A stretch of DNA of 64,000 nt from Dehalococcoidia bacterium (GTDB lineage Bacteria > Chloroflexota > Dehalococcoidia > Lucifugimonadales > CAZENU01), in assembly GCA_965117035.1 (NCBI GenBank), contig OZ220748.1, positions 1,607,429 to 1,671,428 on the forward strand, given 5' to 3'. A program made the translations under genes and the position numbers. The notes under the pieces were generated by a model. That model made no database searches and was not told where the DNA came from. It saw only the letters and a program-made list of their open reading frames with translations. Positions 53,766 through 63,331 of this stretch are shown in pieces. Positions within the stretch are counted from its first letter, which is position 1, and each line of letters begins with the position of its first letter.

Positions 53766-54611
53766 TTGACTGAGCCTCTGCGCATCCTCAGCGTCAACGC
53801 CCACCCGCACGACTTCACCCACACCGCCGGCACCCTCGGCATACACACCGCCAGGGGAGACTCCGCGACCGTCGTCTCCGTCACCGCCGGCACCCAGACC
53901 CACAACGAGCGGCTGCACGACGAGCTCATGAAGCCGGTGGAGGAGCAGGACCCCGCCATCGTCAACCAGCCCGAGGACGAGATCGCCGCCGTCAAGGAGA
54001 AGGAGCTCCGGCAGGCCTGCGCCGTCTTCGGCGTCAGCGACGTCCGCGTCCTCGGCTTCCCGCAGCCGTTCAGGTTCGCCGACTACCCCAAGGCCGCAGA
54101 CAGGATCGCCGAGGTGATCCTCGACGTCCGGCCGCACGTCCTCATCATGCAGAGCCCATATACCCGCGCCCACCAGGGCCGGTCGGGCGTCACGGCCGAC
54201 GACCACACCGAGACCGCGCTCGCCACCATCGAGGCCAAGGGCGAGGCGAACCGGCCCCGCGCCGGCGTCCGGCCGCACTCGATCGCCACCACGCTGTTCC
54301 CCGGCGTCTACTTCGAGCGCACCGACCACGACTTCGTCGTCGACATCAGCGACTGGTTCGAGCAGCGCGTCGAGGCCGAGACCTACTACGTCAGCCAGGG
54401 ACACACACCGGAGTGGTCCCGCAGGCGCATGCTCGTCATGCTCGGCTACCCCGGCTGGTTCAGCGGCACGCTCTACGCCGAGGGCTTCGTACGCGAGCGG
54501 CCCGAGCTCGTCCCGGCGATACCGATGTCCGAGTTCTCCCTCCGCAGGGCCTCCGAGCCCGTCGAGGAGAGGCACGAGCGCATGGTCGGCAAGGCGGGCA
54601 AGGACTTCTGA
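53766..54611 (+). CDS. PIG-L/LmbE-family deacetylase
   Basis: TTG start after GGAGGA; ILSVNAHPHDFTHTAGT (AHPDD-like motif). Confidence 0.8.
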   Translation: MTEPLRILSVNAHPHDFTHTAGTLGIHTARGDSATVVSVTAGTQTHNERLHDELMKPVEEQDPAIVNQPEDEIAAVKEKELRQACAVFGVSDVRVLGFPQPFRFADYPKAADRIAEVILDVRPHVLIMQSPYTRAHQGRSGVTADDHTETALATIEAKGEANRPRAGVRPHSIATTLFPGVYFERTDHDFVVDISDWFEQRVEAETYYVSQGHTPEWSRRRMLVMLGYPGWFSGTLYAEGFVRERPELVPAIPMSEFSLRRASEPVEERHERMVGKAGKDF

Positions 54612-54687
54612 CCGCCGCTCAGGAAACAACCGCGGCGGGGATTCCGCAACTCGTCGTATCCGTGGAGACGGGACCCATCCCCACCCT

Positions 54688-54850
54688 GGGTTCCCGCCTT
54701 CGCGGGAATGACGATAATGCAAGGGGTTCCCGCAGCGGGAATGACGGCTATGCGAGGGTTTCCATTGCGGCAATGACGGTTGCGCAAGGGGCTCCGGTCT
54801 CGGGAATGGCCGGTTACGCAAGGGCCTCGGCTCCGAAGAGAACGACTGTG
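54688..54850. repeat. tandem array of about-34-bp hairpin units (4 full plus 1 degenerate)
   Basis: Units 54688-54723, 54724-54756, 54757-54788 and 54789-54822, each GGGTTCCCGC-N-GCGGGAATGACGGNTATGCAAG-like. Confidence 0.7.
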
Positions 54851-54871
54851 CCGCCGATCAGGAGATAGACC

Positions 54872-55657
54872 GTGGACCTTGGGCTTGCCGGCAAGACGGC
54901 GCTGATAACCGGCGGCAGCCGTGGCATCGGCCGCGCGACCGCCATCGTCATGGCCGAGGAGGGCGCGAACGTTGCCATCTGCGCCCGCGGCGAGGAGAAG
55001 CTGCGGACCACCCTGGAAGAGCTGCGGGCCGTCGCGCCCGCCGCCTGGGGGACGACGGCGGACGTCACCGTCGCCGCCGAGGTCGAGGCGTTCGTCTCCG
55101 GCGCCGCGGACCGTCTCGGCGGCGTCGACGCGCTGGTCTGCAACGTCGGCGGCATGAGCGGCGGCTCGGCGCTGGCCGCCACCGACGACGAGTGGCTCGC
55201 CACCATGGACGTCAACCTGATGCACTCGGTCAGGGCCATCCGCGCGGCCGTGCCGCACATGAAGGAGCGCGGCGGCGGCAGCATAGTCATCGTCTCGTCA
55301 ATCTCCGGCCTGAAGCCGGGCCCGTACGCCCAGTATGGCGCCGCCAAGGCCGCCGAGATATTCGTCGCGTCCTCGCTGGCCTGGGAGCTCGCCGAGCACC
55401 GCATCAGGGTCAACACCCTGTCGCCCGGCTCGATCTACTTCCCCGGCGGGGGCTGGGCCAACTTCGAGGCCGAGCACCCCGAACTGTTCGCGAAGTTCCT
55501 CGAGAACGAGCTGCCCCACAAGCGCCTCGGCACCGACCGCGAGGTCGCCGAGGTCATCGCCTTCCTGTGCTCCGACCGCGCCCGCTGGGTCAACGGCGCC
55601 ATGCTCCCCGTCGACGGCGGCCAGGGCCGACCGTCCGGCATGTGGTTCACCGGCTAG
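54872..55657 (+). CDS. SDR-family oxidoreductase
   Basis: TGGSRGIG cofactor motif and YAQYGAAK catalytic Y-x3-K. Confidence 0.85.
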   Translation: MDLGLAGKTALITGGSRGIGRATAIVMAEEGANVAICARGEEKLRTTLEELRAVAPAAWGTTADVTVAAEVEAFVSGAADRLGGVDALVCNVGGMSGGSALAATDDEWLATMDVNLMHSVRAIRAAVPHMKERGGGSIVIVSSISGLKPGPYAQYGAAKAAEIFVASSLAWELAEHRIRVNTLSPGSIYFPGGGWANFEAEHPELFAKFLENELPHKRLGTDREVAEVIAFLCSDRARWVNGAMLPVDGGQGRPSGMWFTG

Positions 55658-55876
55658 CCTCCTCTCCCTCGACGGGAGAGGACTGAGGTGAGGGTGGTCT
55701 TCCGGGGGTGGAGCAGGGGACGCCCCCCTCACCCCAACCCTCTCCCGCCAGGGGAGAGGGGGCCGCTTTCCTCCTCTCCCTCGACGGGAGAGGACTGAGG
55801 TGAGGGTGATCTTCCGGGGGTGGAGCAGGGGACGCCGCCCTCACCCCAACCTTCTCCCGCCAGGGGAGAAGGGGCT
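55658..55876. repeat. two tandem copies of a 112-bp composite palindromic element
   Basis: Units start at 55658 and 55770. Each contains CCTCTCCCtcgacGGGAGAGG, GAGGTGAGGGTG...CCCTCACCCC and CTCTCCCgccagGGGAGAG. Confidence 0.7.
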
Positions 55877-55953
55877 CTACGAACACCCCCCTGGGGCGCC
55901 AAATGGCGCGGCCCCGTGCCCGCCCGGAGCCGCGCCGTCGGTAGTCGCGGGAG

Positions 55954-58599
55954 CTATGGCCTGGGCGGCGTCGACTGGCGCTCCGAGTTCCTCCCCCAGC
56001 ACTCGGCAGCGCCGTTCGGCCTCAGCCCGCACGTGTGCCAGTCCCCGGCGTGGATCGAGGCGAAGCGCCCGTCCGGCGGCGTCGCCTGGCCGATGAAGCT
56101 GCCGTCCTCGTTCGCGTTCGAGCCCCAGCATACGACCGAGCCATCCGTCTTCAGCCCGCACGTGTGGACCCACCCCGCGCTCACGGACGAGAAGGCCAAA
56201 GGCGGGGGCGTCGCCTGCTCGTTGTCGTCCGAGCCCCAGCATACGACCGAGCCGTCCGTCTTCAGCCCGCAGGCGTGGTGGCCGCCGGCGCTCACGGACG
56301 AGAACGCGCCGTGCGGCAGCGCCGCCTGGCCGGCGGCGTCTTCACCCCAGCACGCGACCGAGCCGTCCGTCCTCACGCCGCAGCTGTGGAAGCCCCCCGC
56401 GCTGACCGAGGAGAACTTGCCGGACGGCGCGACCGACTGGGCCAGGTACCGGCCATGCTGCCAGTTCGCGCCCCAGCACTCCGCGGCGCCGTCGGTGCGG
56501 ACCCCGCAGCTGTGGTTCTCGCCGGAGTCGACCGACGCGAAGGTCCCGCTGGGAGGCGCGGCCTGGCCGCGGTCGTTCCAACCCCAGCATTCCACCGAGC
56601 CGTCGGGCCTGAGCCCGCAGGTGTGCCAGGCGCCCCCGCTGATGGCGGCGAACGCGCCGCCGGGAACGCTGGACTGGCCCGAGGCGTTCTCGCCCCAGCA
56701 CTCCACCGAGCCGTCGGCCTTGATGCCGCAGGTGTGGTACCCGCCGGTGGTGATCGAGTCGTAGGTCAGGGGCGGCGTCGACTGCCCCTCGGCGTCCCTG
56801 CCCCAGCACTCCACCGAGCCGTTCGTCCTCAGGCCGCACGTATGCCAGTCTCCGGCCACGACCGCGGCGAACTGCCCGCCCGTCGGCGTGACCTGTCCCG
56901 CGTCGCCCGAGCCCCAGCACTCCACGGACCCGTCGGCCTTCACCCCGCACGTGTGGAGCCGCCCCGCGCTCACCGACACGAAGGCCAGCGGCGGAGGTGT
57001 CGCCTGCTCGGAGTCGTCCGAGCCCCAGCATACGACCGATCCGTCCGTCTTCACGCCACAGGTGTGGAAAGCGCCCGCGCTGATCGAGGAGAAGGCTCCG
57101 TGCGGCTGGGTCGACTGGCCCGAAGCGTCGTCGCCCCAGCACGAGACGGCGCCGTCCGTCCTGACGCCGCAGGTGTGGAAGGCGCCCGCGCTGACCGACG
57201 AGAACGCCCCGTCCGGCGCGACGGCCTGGCCCAGGTACCTCCCCTCGTGCCAGTTGGCCCCCCAGCATTCCAGCCCGCCATCCGCCCTGACACCGCAGGT
57301 GTGGCCCTCGCCCGCGCTGACCGAGGCGAAACTCCCGCCGGGAGCGGCAGACTGTCCCGACGCGTCGTCGCCCCAGCACGCGACCGCGCCGTCGGTCCTG
57401 ACGCCGCACGTATGCCACGTTCCAGCATCGATCGACGTGAAGGCGCCCGACGGAGCCGCGGACTGGCCGAACGCGTCGTCACCCCAGCACTCCACCGACC
57501 CGTCCGACCTGATCCCGCAGATGTGGAAGCCCCCCGCGGTGACCGAGGCGAAGGCCTGGTACGGCGTCGACTGGCGTTCCGCGTCGCTGCCCCAGCACTC
57601 GATCGCCCCATTCGGCCTCAACCCGCACGTATGCCAGTCGCCGGCGCTGACCGAGGCGAACTGGCCGCCCGGCGGCGTCGCCTGCCCGGCGAAGGCGCCG
57701 TCGGCGTCCGAGTTCGAGCCCCAGCACACCGCGCCTCCGTCCGTCCTCACGCCGCACGTGTGGTCCTGCCCGGCGCTGACCGAAGCGAACTCCACCGGCG
57801 GAGGCGTCGCCTGTTCGGAGTCGTCCGAACCCCAGCAGACGACCGAGCCGTCCGCCTTCACGCCGCAGGTGTGGGAGCCTCCCGCGCTGACCGAGGAGAA
57901 GGCGCCGTGCGGCACGGTCGCCTGGCCCGAGGCGTCGTCTCCCCAGCACGCCACCGAGCCGTCCGTCTTGACCCCGCACGTGTGGGAACCCCCCGCGCTG
58001 ACGGAAGTGTAGGCGCCGGCCGCGCGAACGGCGCGACTCAGCAGCTTGCCGTCCTCCAGCTCGGCGCCCCAGCAGTCGACGGCGCCGTCGGGCCTGACAC
58101 CGCAGGTCTGGCTCCCTCCCGTGCTGACCGATACGAAGGCCCCGCTCGGCGGCTCAGGCTGTATGAGGTCGTCCCAGCCCCAGCACTCCACCGAGCCGTC
58201 GGGCCTGACCCCGCACGTGCGCCCGTCTCCCGCGCTGACCGAGACGAACGCGCCGCTGGGTGGCGTCGACAGGCCGCCGGCATCGCCCCAGCACAGCACT
58301 GTGCCGTCGGGCCTGACCCCGCAGGTGTGGGTGCTCCCCGCGCTCACAAAGGCGAAGACGCCCCCGCCCGGCGGAGCGGACACCTGGACGGCCGGCCCCG
58401 TGGTGCCGGGTGCCGCGGGCGCTCCCCCGGCGGAAACCGCGGGCGCTGTGGCCGGCGCCATTGGAGGGGGCGGACCCTGCGGCGCCTGATTCGAAGACCC
58501 CGTGCAGGCCGCGACAGCCAGTGCCAACATCCCCAGCGCCGCGGCTACGGCCCATTGCCGCGGCGCCCACATCCCCGGTTCCCGGTTACGCTCGTTCAT
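55954..58599 (-). CDS. RCC1-repeat (beta-propeller) lipoprotein, 21 repeats
   Basis: Lipobox LALAVAAC, Pro/Ala linker, then 21 units of the form SAG..HTCG[VL].[TP][DN]G...CWG. Confidence 0.85.
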   Translation of the reverse strand: MNERNREPGMWAPRQWAVAAALGMLALAVAACTGSSNQAPQGPPPPMAPATAPAVSAGGAPAAPGTTGPAVQVSAPPGGGVFAFVSAGSTHTCGVRPDGTVLCWGDAGGLSTPPSGAFVSVSAGDGRTCGVRPDGSVECWGWDDLIQPEPPSGAFVSVSTGGSQTCGVRPDGAVDCWGAELEDGKLLSRAVRAAGAYTSVSAGGSHTCGVKTDGSVACWGDDASGQATVPHGAFSSVSAGGSHTCGVKADGSVVCWGSDDSEQATPPPVEFASVSAGQDHTCGVRTDGGAVCWGSNSDADGAFAGQATPPGGQFASVSAGDWHTCGLRPNGAIECWGSDAERQSTPYQAFASVTAGGFHICGIRSDGSVECWGDDAFGQSAAPSGAFTSIDAGTWHTCGVRTDGAVACWGDDASGQSAAPGGSFASVSAGEGHTCGVRADGGLECWGANWHEGRYLGQAVAPDGAFSSVSAGAFHTCGVRTDGAVSCWGDDASGQSTQPHGAFSSISAGAFHTCGVKTDGSVVCWGSDDSEQATPPPLAFVSVSAGRLHTCGVKADGSVECWGSGDAGQVTPTGGQFAAVVAGDWHTCGLRTNGSVECWGRDAEGQSTPPLTYDSITTGGYHTCGIKADGSVECWGENASGQSSVPGGAFAAISGGAWHTCGLRPDGSVECWGWNDRGQAAPPSGTFASVDSGENHSCGVRTDGAAECWGANWQHGRYLAQSVAPSGKFSSVSAGGFHSCGVRTDGSVACWGEDAAGQAALPHGAFSSVSAGGHHACGLKTDGSVVCWGSDDNEQATPPPLAFSSVSAGWVHTCGLKTDGSVVCWGSNANEDGSFIGQATPPDGRFASIHAGDWHTCGLRPNGAAECWGRNSERQSTPPRP

Positions 58600-58690
58600 T
58601 GTCGGATACCCCCCAGGTGCTATGCGTTTTCGATTCCCCGCTATGTACTACGCATCGCCCGCGGTTGTCGGATTCCAAGGTAGTCCCGGA

Positions 58691-58909
58691 GTAACTGTTC
58701 AGAGCTGAAGGAACACCCAACCCGTTCGCCCCGGGTGCCCCGACGCTTCGTCGGGGTGTATCGAGGGCCGACACAACCTGGTCTTCTGGCGGGGCCAAGA
58801 CCAGTATCGGCGGCAAAGCTGCGAGCGCCCCTCGATACGCGCCGCCAGAGCAGCGGCGCTACTCGGGGTGAACGGGTTGTGTGGCCACACCTCGAGTCTG
58901 AACAGTTAC
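58691..58909. mobile_element. MITE with perfect 13-bp terminal inverted repeats GTAACTGTTCAGA / TCTGAACAGTTAC
   Basis: 219 bp. Subterminal inverted repeat aacccgttc/gaacgggtt and three internal hairpins. No ORF of its own. Confidence 0.7.
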
Positions 58910-58983
58910 GATGTCATCTCTTCATTGAAGTAGCCCCAGCGACTTGCTACCCTAGGTCGAGAGCAACTACGTGGAGGCGGGCG

Positions 58984-60123
58984 GTGCGTGAGGTCTTCCG
59001 GGCGGCCGTTGACGAGCTGGAAAAGGGCGAACCCGTCGTCGTGGCCACCGTCGTCAGGACGAAGGGCTCCACGCCGCAGAAGCCGGGCGCCAAGCTGCTC
59101 GTCCGCAGCGACGCCAGCGGCGTCGGCACCCTCGGCGGCGGCTGCGTCGAAGGCGATATCTGGTTCGCCGCCAACCAGCTCATGAAGCGCGGCGGCCCCT
59201 CCGAGCACCGCGACTACGAGCTCAACGAGGACCTCGCCGCCGAGGACGGCCTCGTCTGCGGCGGCACGATGTTCTTCCTGATCGACCCGGTATACCGCCC
59301 CGACGACTACCTCGACGTCGCCAGGGAGATCGACGGCGCGTACCGGGGCGAGGGCGCCGTAGCGGTCGCCAGCCTCGTGCGCCCCGCCGACGGCCAGCCC
59401 GAGGCCATCGGCGCCAAGCTGCTCGTCCGCGAGGACGGCACCACGGAGGGCACCCTGGGCTCGGAGGGGCTGGACCGCGTCGCGTCGCGCAAGGCCCGCG
59501 ACCTGATGGTGCTCGGCCGCAACGAGTACGTCGTGGCCGACGACGGCGCCGAGTACTTCGTCGAGGCGTACACCACCCCGCCGCAGATGGTCCTGTGCGG
59601 CGGCGGCCACGTAGCCAGGGCCATCGCGCCGCTCGCGAAGTCGGTCGGCTTCCGCCTCTTCGTCACCGACGACCGCGAGGAGTTCGCCAGCTCGGACCGC
59701 TTCCCGGAGGCCGACCGCGTCGTCGTGGCGAAGCCGGAGGACGCGATACCGCAGCTTCCGATCAACCCGAACACCTTCATCATCATCGCGACGCGGGGCC
59801 ACCGCTTCGACAACGTCGCCCTCGAGGCAGCCGCGCGGACGCCGGCCAAGTACGTCGGACTGCTCGGCAGCAGGCGCAAGACGATCCTGATCTACGAGGA
59901 CCTGCTCCGCGCCGGCATGCCCGTCGAGCGCGTCAGGGAAATCAGGTCCCCCGTCGGCCTCGACATCCGCGCGCGGACGCCCGAGGAGATCGCCGTCAGC
60001 ATCATCGCCGAGGTGCTCATGTTCCGGCTCGGCGGCACCGGCCTGCCGATGAAGCTCGAGGACCGGCTGCTCGAGAAGGCCCGAGAGCGGGCCGAGTCCA
60101 GGGAACCCGTCGCCGTCGGCTAG
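58984..60123 (+). CDS. xdhC: XdhC/CoxI-family molybdoenzyme maturation protein
   Basis: GTG 58984. VVATVVRTKGSTPQKPGAKLLV..GTLGGGCVE plus the Rossmann-like second domain. The upstream part of the track ORF overlaps the MITE. Confidence 0.8.
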   Translation: MREVFRAAVDELEKGEPVVVATVVRTKGSTPQKPGAKLLVRSDASGVGTLGGGCVEGDIWFAANQLMKRGGPSEHRDYELNEDLAAEDGLVCGGTMFFLIDPVYRPDDYLDVAREIDGAYRGEGAVAVASLVRPADGQPEAIGAKLLVREDGTTEGTLGSEGLDRVASRKARDLMVLGRNEYVVADDGAEYFVEAYTTPPQMVLCGGGHVARAIAPLAKSVGFRLFVTDDREEFASSDRFPEADRVVVAKPEDAIPQLPINPNTFIIIATRGHRFDNVALEAAARTPAKYVGLLGSRRKTILIYEDLLRAGMPVERVREIRSPVGLDIRARTPEEIAVSIIAEVLMFRLGGTGLPMKLEDRLLEKARERAESREPVAVG

Positions 60124-60162
60124 AGAGCGCGGAGCCCTCACCGCGCCAGGCGGACAGCAGCG

Positions 60163-60759
60163 ATGCCACGAGTCTCCGCGGTCCTCACCGCCGCCGGCGA
60201 GTCCACGCGCATGGGCCGCCCCAAGCCGCTCCTGCCGTGGCGCGGCGTCACCCTCGTCGAGTACCAGGTCGCGAGCCTTTTCGCCGCAGGCGCCTCAGAG
60301 GTCATCGTCGTCCTGGGACACCGGCACGAGGAGATCGCGCCGCACGTCAAGGGCCCCGGCGCCAGGTACGTGGTCAACCACCGCTACCGAGACGGGCGGT
60401 CGACCTCGATCAGGGCCGGGATAGCCGAGACCGCGTCCGACGCCGATGCCATCGTGCTGCTGGGCGTCGACCAGCCCCGGCCGCCGGAGATCGTCGCGGA
60501 GACGCTCGCGTCCCACCTGGACCGGGAGGCGCTCATCACCTCGCCCCGCCGCAACGGCCGGGGAGGACACCCCATCGTCTTCTCCTCGGCGCTGCGCGGC
60601 GAGTTGAACGCCATCACCGAGGAGCATGAGGGCATACGGCAGGTCTTCCGCGCCCATCGCGACGAGGTGAACGAGTTGGAGATCGACGACCCGATCATCC
60701 ACCTCGACCTCAACACGATGGAAGACTACGATCGGGCGCGCGCCCTGTACGACGCCTGA
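60163..60759 (+). CDS. mocA: MobA/MocA-like molybdenum cofactor nucleotidyltransferase
   Basis: AVLTAAGESTRMGRPKPLLPW N-terminal NTP-transferase motif. Confidence 0.8.
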   Translation: MPRVSAVLTAAGESTRMGRPKPLLPWRGVTLVEYQVASLFAAGASEVIVVLGHRHEEIAPHVKGPGARYVVNHRYRDGRSTSIRAGIAETASDADAIVLLGVDQPRPPEIVAETLASHLDREALITSPRRNGRGGHPIVFSSALRGELNAITEEHEGIRQVFRAHRDEVNELEIDDPIIHLDLNTMEDYDRARALYDA

Positions 60760-60779
60760 AACACCGCCGCAGGGACGCC

Positions 60780-61595
60780 ATGGCTGAAGCGGAAGAAGAG
60801 ACGGTACTCAGGGCCCGGGTTGCGGGAAGCACCGGCGTGCAGCGTCGAGGCGACGTCGTCCTCCGGCCCGCGGCCCCGTGGACGCCCACTGTGCACTCGC
60901 TGCTGCGGCACCTGGAGGAGGTGGGGTTCGTCGGCGCCCCTCGTGTCATAGGCTCGGGCTTCGCCCCCGACGGCCGGGAGACGCTCAGCTACATCGATGG
61001 CGAGTTCACGCACCCGGGCCCGTGGTCCATCGAGGGCGCGGCAGGCGTCGGCCGCCTGCTCCGCGAGCTCCACGACGCGACCGCCTCCTACCGGCCCCCT
61101 CCGGACGCGGTGTGGCCGCCCTGGTTCGGCCGGCGCCTCGGCGGGCCCGACAGGACCATCGGCCACTGCGACGTCGCCGCCTGGAATATCGTCGCGCGGG
61201 ACGGCCTCCCGGTCGCGCTCATCGACTGGGAAACCGCCGGCCCCGTCAATCCGATGGTCGAGCTCGCCCAGGCCTGCTGGCTGAACGCGAAGCTGTTCGA
61301 CGACGTCGTCGCGGAGCGTGAGGGGCTGCCATCCCTGGAGGTCCGCGCGCGCCAGCTCCGCGCCATCGTCGACGCCTACGGGCTTCCGTCGGCTGAACGG
61401 CGACGCCTCGTCGACCTGATCATCGGCTACGCCATCCACGACACCGCCCAGACGGCGGACGAATTCGACGTCACACCCGAAATGACCGATCCGACGCCCG
61501 ACGGCTTCCCGCTCATCTGGGGCCTCAGCTGGCGCGCCCGGGCCGCGGCCTGGGTATACCGCAACCGCGACACGCTGGAAGGGGCGCTCGTCTAG
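60780..61595 (+). CDS. aminoglycoside phosphotransferase (APH)-family kinase-like protein
   Basis: Catalytic loop IGHCDVAAWNIV and IDWETAG. Confidence 0.7.
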   Translation: MAEAEEETVLRARVAGSTGVQRRGDVVLRPAAPWTPTVHSLLRHLEEVGFVGAPRVIGSGFAPDGRETLSYIDGEFTHPGPWSIEGAAGVGRLLRELHDATASYRPPPDAVWPPWFGRRLGGPDRTIGHCDVAAWNIVARDGLPVALIDWETAGPVNPMVELAQACWLNAKLFDDVVAEREGLPSLEVRARQLRAIVDAYGLPSAERRRLVDLIIGYAIHDTAQTADEFDVTPEMTDPTPDGFPLIWGLSWRARAAAWVYRNRDTLEGALV

Positions 61596-61783
61596 CCAGG
61601 TACGGGAGGGGACGGGGCCATACGTGCCTTGACCTTGAACTCCCCTTGGGACTGTAGCCAGTCCCGGTCTTGCCGCATAGTGCTGAGGCGGCTGTGGTAG
61701 AGTGTCCGCGAAAGCGGCGCCGCCCGTCGCCCGGACGCGGCAGGTTCCCACGCGCCAACGACACGTAGCAGCGAGGCTGGCCG

Positions 61784-62365
61784 ATGTTCAAGCTGATCGC
61801 TCCGCGAGACCTGGGCCCGATCCCCGCGGCCGCCGCCACGGCCTTCGTGGCGCTGGCCATATTCGCGTGGACGGAGCGGACCGATCTCGTCGATCCCGAC
61901 GGCATGTCCGTACCCTACTGGCCCTGGAAGCTGTGGCAGATTTTCCCGCTGCTGTTGGGACTCGGCGGCGCATGGTGGGTCTGGTCGAGCACACGCCGGG
62001 TCGCCTGGGTGCGAAGCCTGGCGCTGGGACTGCTGGCCCTGGTGGTGCTCTTCAACGCGTACGGCGACCTCTTCGGCGACCACTGGGGCAACGTGTGGCG
62101 CACGGTCAACCCGCTGTTCATCGGCTCCTCCACCGTGGCGGCGGTGGCTCTCTGGCGCTCCGGACACGCCGCGGGGAGAGTGGGCGCGGTGGTCTCGGCA
62201 GCAATCGGCGCCGCGGTATTCGCCAACGCGTACTTCGTCGACAACGGGGTCGTCTGGCAGATACTGAATCCCGCGCGGATGCTCACCTCGCTGGCCTGGG
62301 CCGCCGGCGCCAGCCAGGCCAACCTCGCCACGGCCGAAGATGTTGAGCCACGGGGCGGCGGCTGA
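61784..62365 (+). CDS. hypothetical integral membrane protein
   Basis: 193 aa with about 5 hydrophobic segments. Confidence 0.5.
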   Translation: MFKLIAPRDLGPIPAAAATAFVALAIFAWTERTDLVDPDGMSVPYWPWKLWQIFPLLLGLGGAWWVWSSTRRVAWVRSLALGLLALVVLFNAYGDLFGDHWGNVWRTVNPLFIGSSTVAAVALWRSGHAAGRVGAVVSAAIGAAVFANAYFVDNGVVWQILNPARMLTSLAWAAGASQANLATAEDVEPRGGG

Positions 62366-62376
62366 CAGCGCCACTT

Positions 62377-62489
62377 GTAACTGTTCAGACTTGATGGGCA
62401 TTCAACCCGTTCATCCTGAGTGGGCCCGCCGCTTTGGGCGGGCCGTATCGAAGGGCGCGCACCCGGTCCTTTCGAACGTGAACAGTTAC
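62377..62489. mobile_element. short MITE of the GTAACTGTTCAGA family
   Basis: 113 bp. Termini GTAACTGTTCAGA ... GTGAACAGTTAC; internal hairpin GGCCCGCCgctttGGGCGGGCC. Confidence 0.65.
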
Positions 62490-62608
62490 CGCCGCTTCAG
62501 GTTCTTGTCCATCGCTGCCCATGGGTGTATGCTTCGAGGCGCAATCCTGCGTGGTGCTCGGGAATCCCCCGGCAGCGGCGCCCATCAACACCAGGAGAGG
62601 GGTTTGAA

Positions 62609-63331
62609 ATGACAGTACGTTACGCGGGTCTCGCTTTGATAGCTGGTGTCATTCTGGCCTTCGTGGCCCCGATATTCATGCCAGGGTACGCCCTCATCAG
62701 CCCGGTCGACCAGACCGACTTCACCGCGGCGCGGGACGCGCTGGGCGATTCGGCGGTCGTGGCGCACTGGGTGACCTTCATCAGCATCATTTCGCTGTTG
62801 CTGATGATCTTCGGCTTCCTGGGCCTGTACCCTCTCGCGAGCGAGCAGGGCGGTCTTGGAGGCAAGATTCTACGGTTCGGCATCATCGCCTCCATCATCG
62901 AGTGGAGTATCCTCATCATTGCCGCGGGGATGCGTCACTTCGAGATTCACCTGATGCAGCGCAGCGCCATGGGCGAGGCCGGGCCGCCGACACCGGCGGA
63001 GTTCGAGGCCGCGGCCCTGGGCGTGCACACAGACATGATCGCGATCACGCTGGCGTTCATCGCGCTGTACCCGATCGCCTCCATCACGGTCGGCCTCGGG
63101 CTGGCCGCCCGGTTCGGCTCGGTCGACCTCTACAAGGGCGTGGCCTACGTTATGGCGGCGGCCGGCGTCGTGGGGCTGGTCAACTTCCTCTTCGCGATGA
63201 CCGCTCCCGACCTGGGCATCCAGACCCTGCTCCTGATAAACAACCTCGCACTCTACGTCGGTGGAATCACCTTCCTCGTCGTAGGCTACGGCATGTACCG
63301 GGGACGGAGCGAGCTCGCCGCGGACGCGTAA
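62609..63331 (+). CDS. hypothetical integral membrane protein
   Basis: ATG 62609 after AGGAGAGGGG; 240 aa, multi-TM. Confidence 0.5.
   Translation: MTVRYAGLALIAGVILAFVAPIFMPGYALISPVDQTDFTAARDALGDSAVVAHWVTFISIISLLLMIFGFLGLYPLASEQGGLGGKILRFGIIASIIEWSILIIAAGMRHFEIHLMQRSAMGEAGPPTPAEFEAAALGVHTDMIAITLAFIALYPIASITVGLGLAARFGSVDLYKGVAYVMAAAGVVGLVNFLFAMTAPDLGIQTLLLINNLALYVGGITFLVVGYGMYRGRSELAADA

Noticed and set aside
54688-54850. Possible CRISPR array, given regularly spaced hairpin repeats.
   Set aside because: The units are contiguous with no unique spacers and degenerate progressively. No cas genes or leader are nearby, and the same unit is scattered singly elsewhere.
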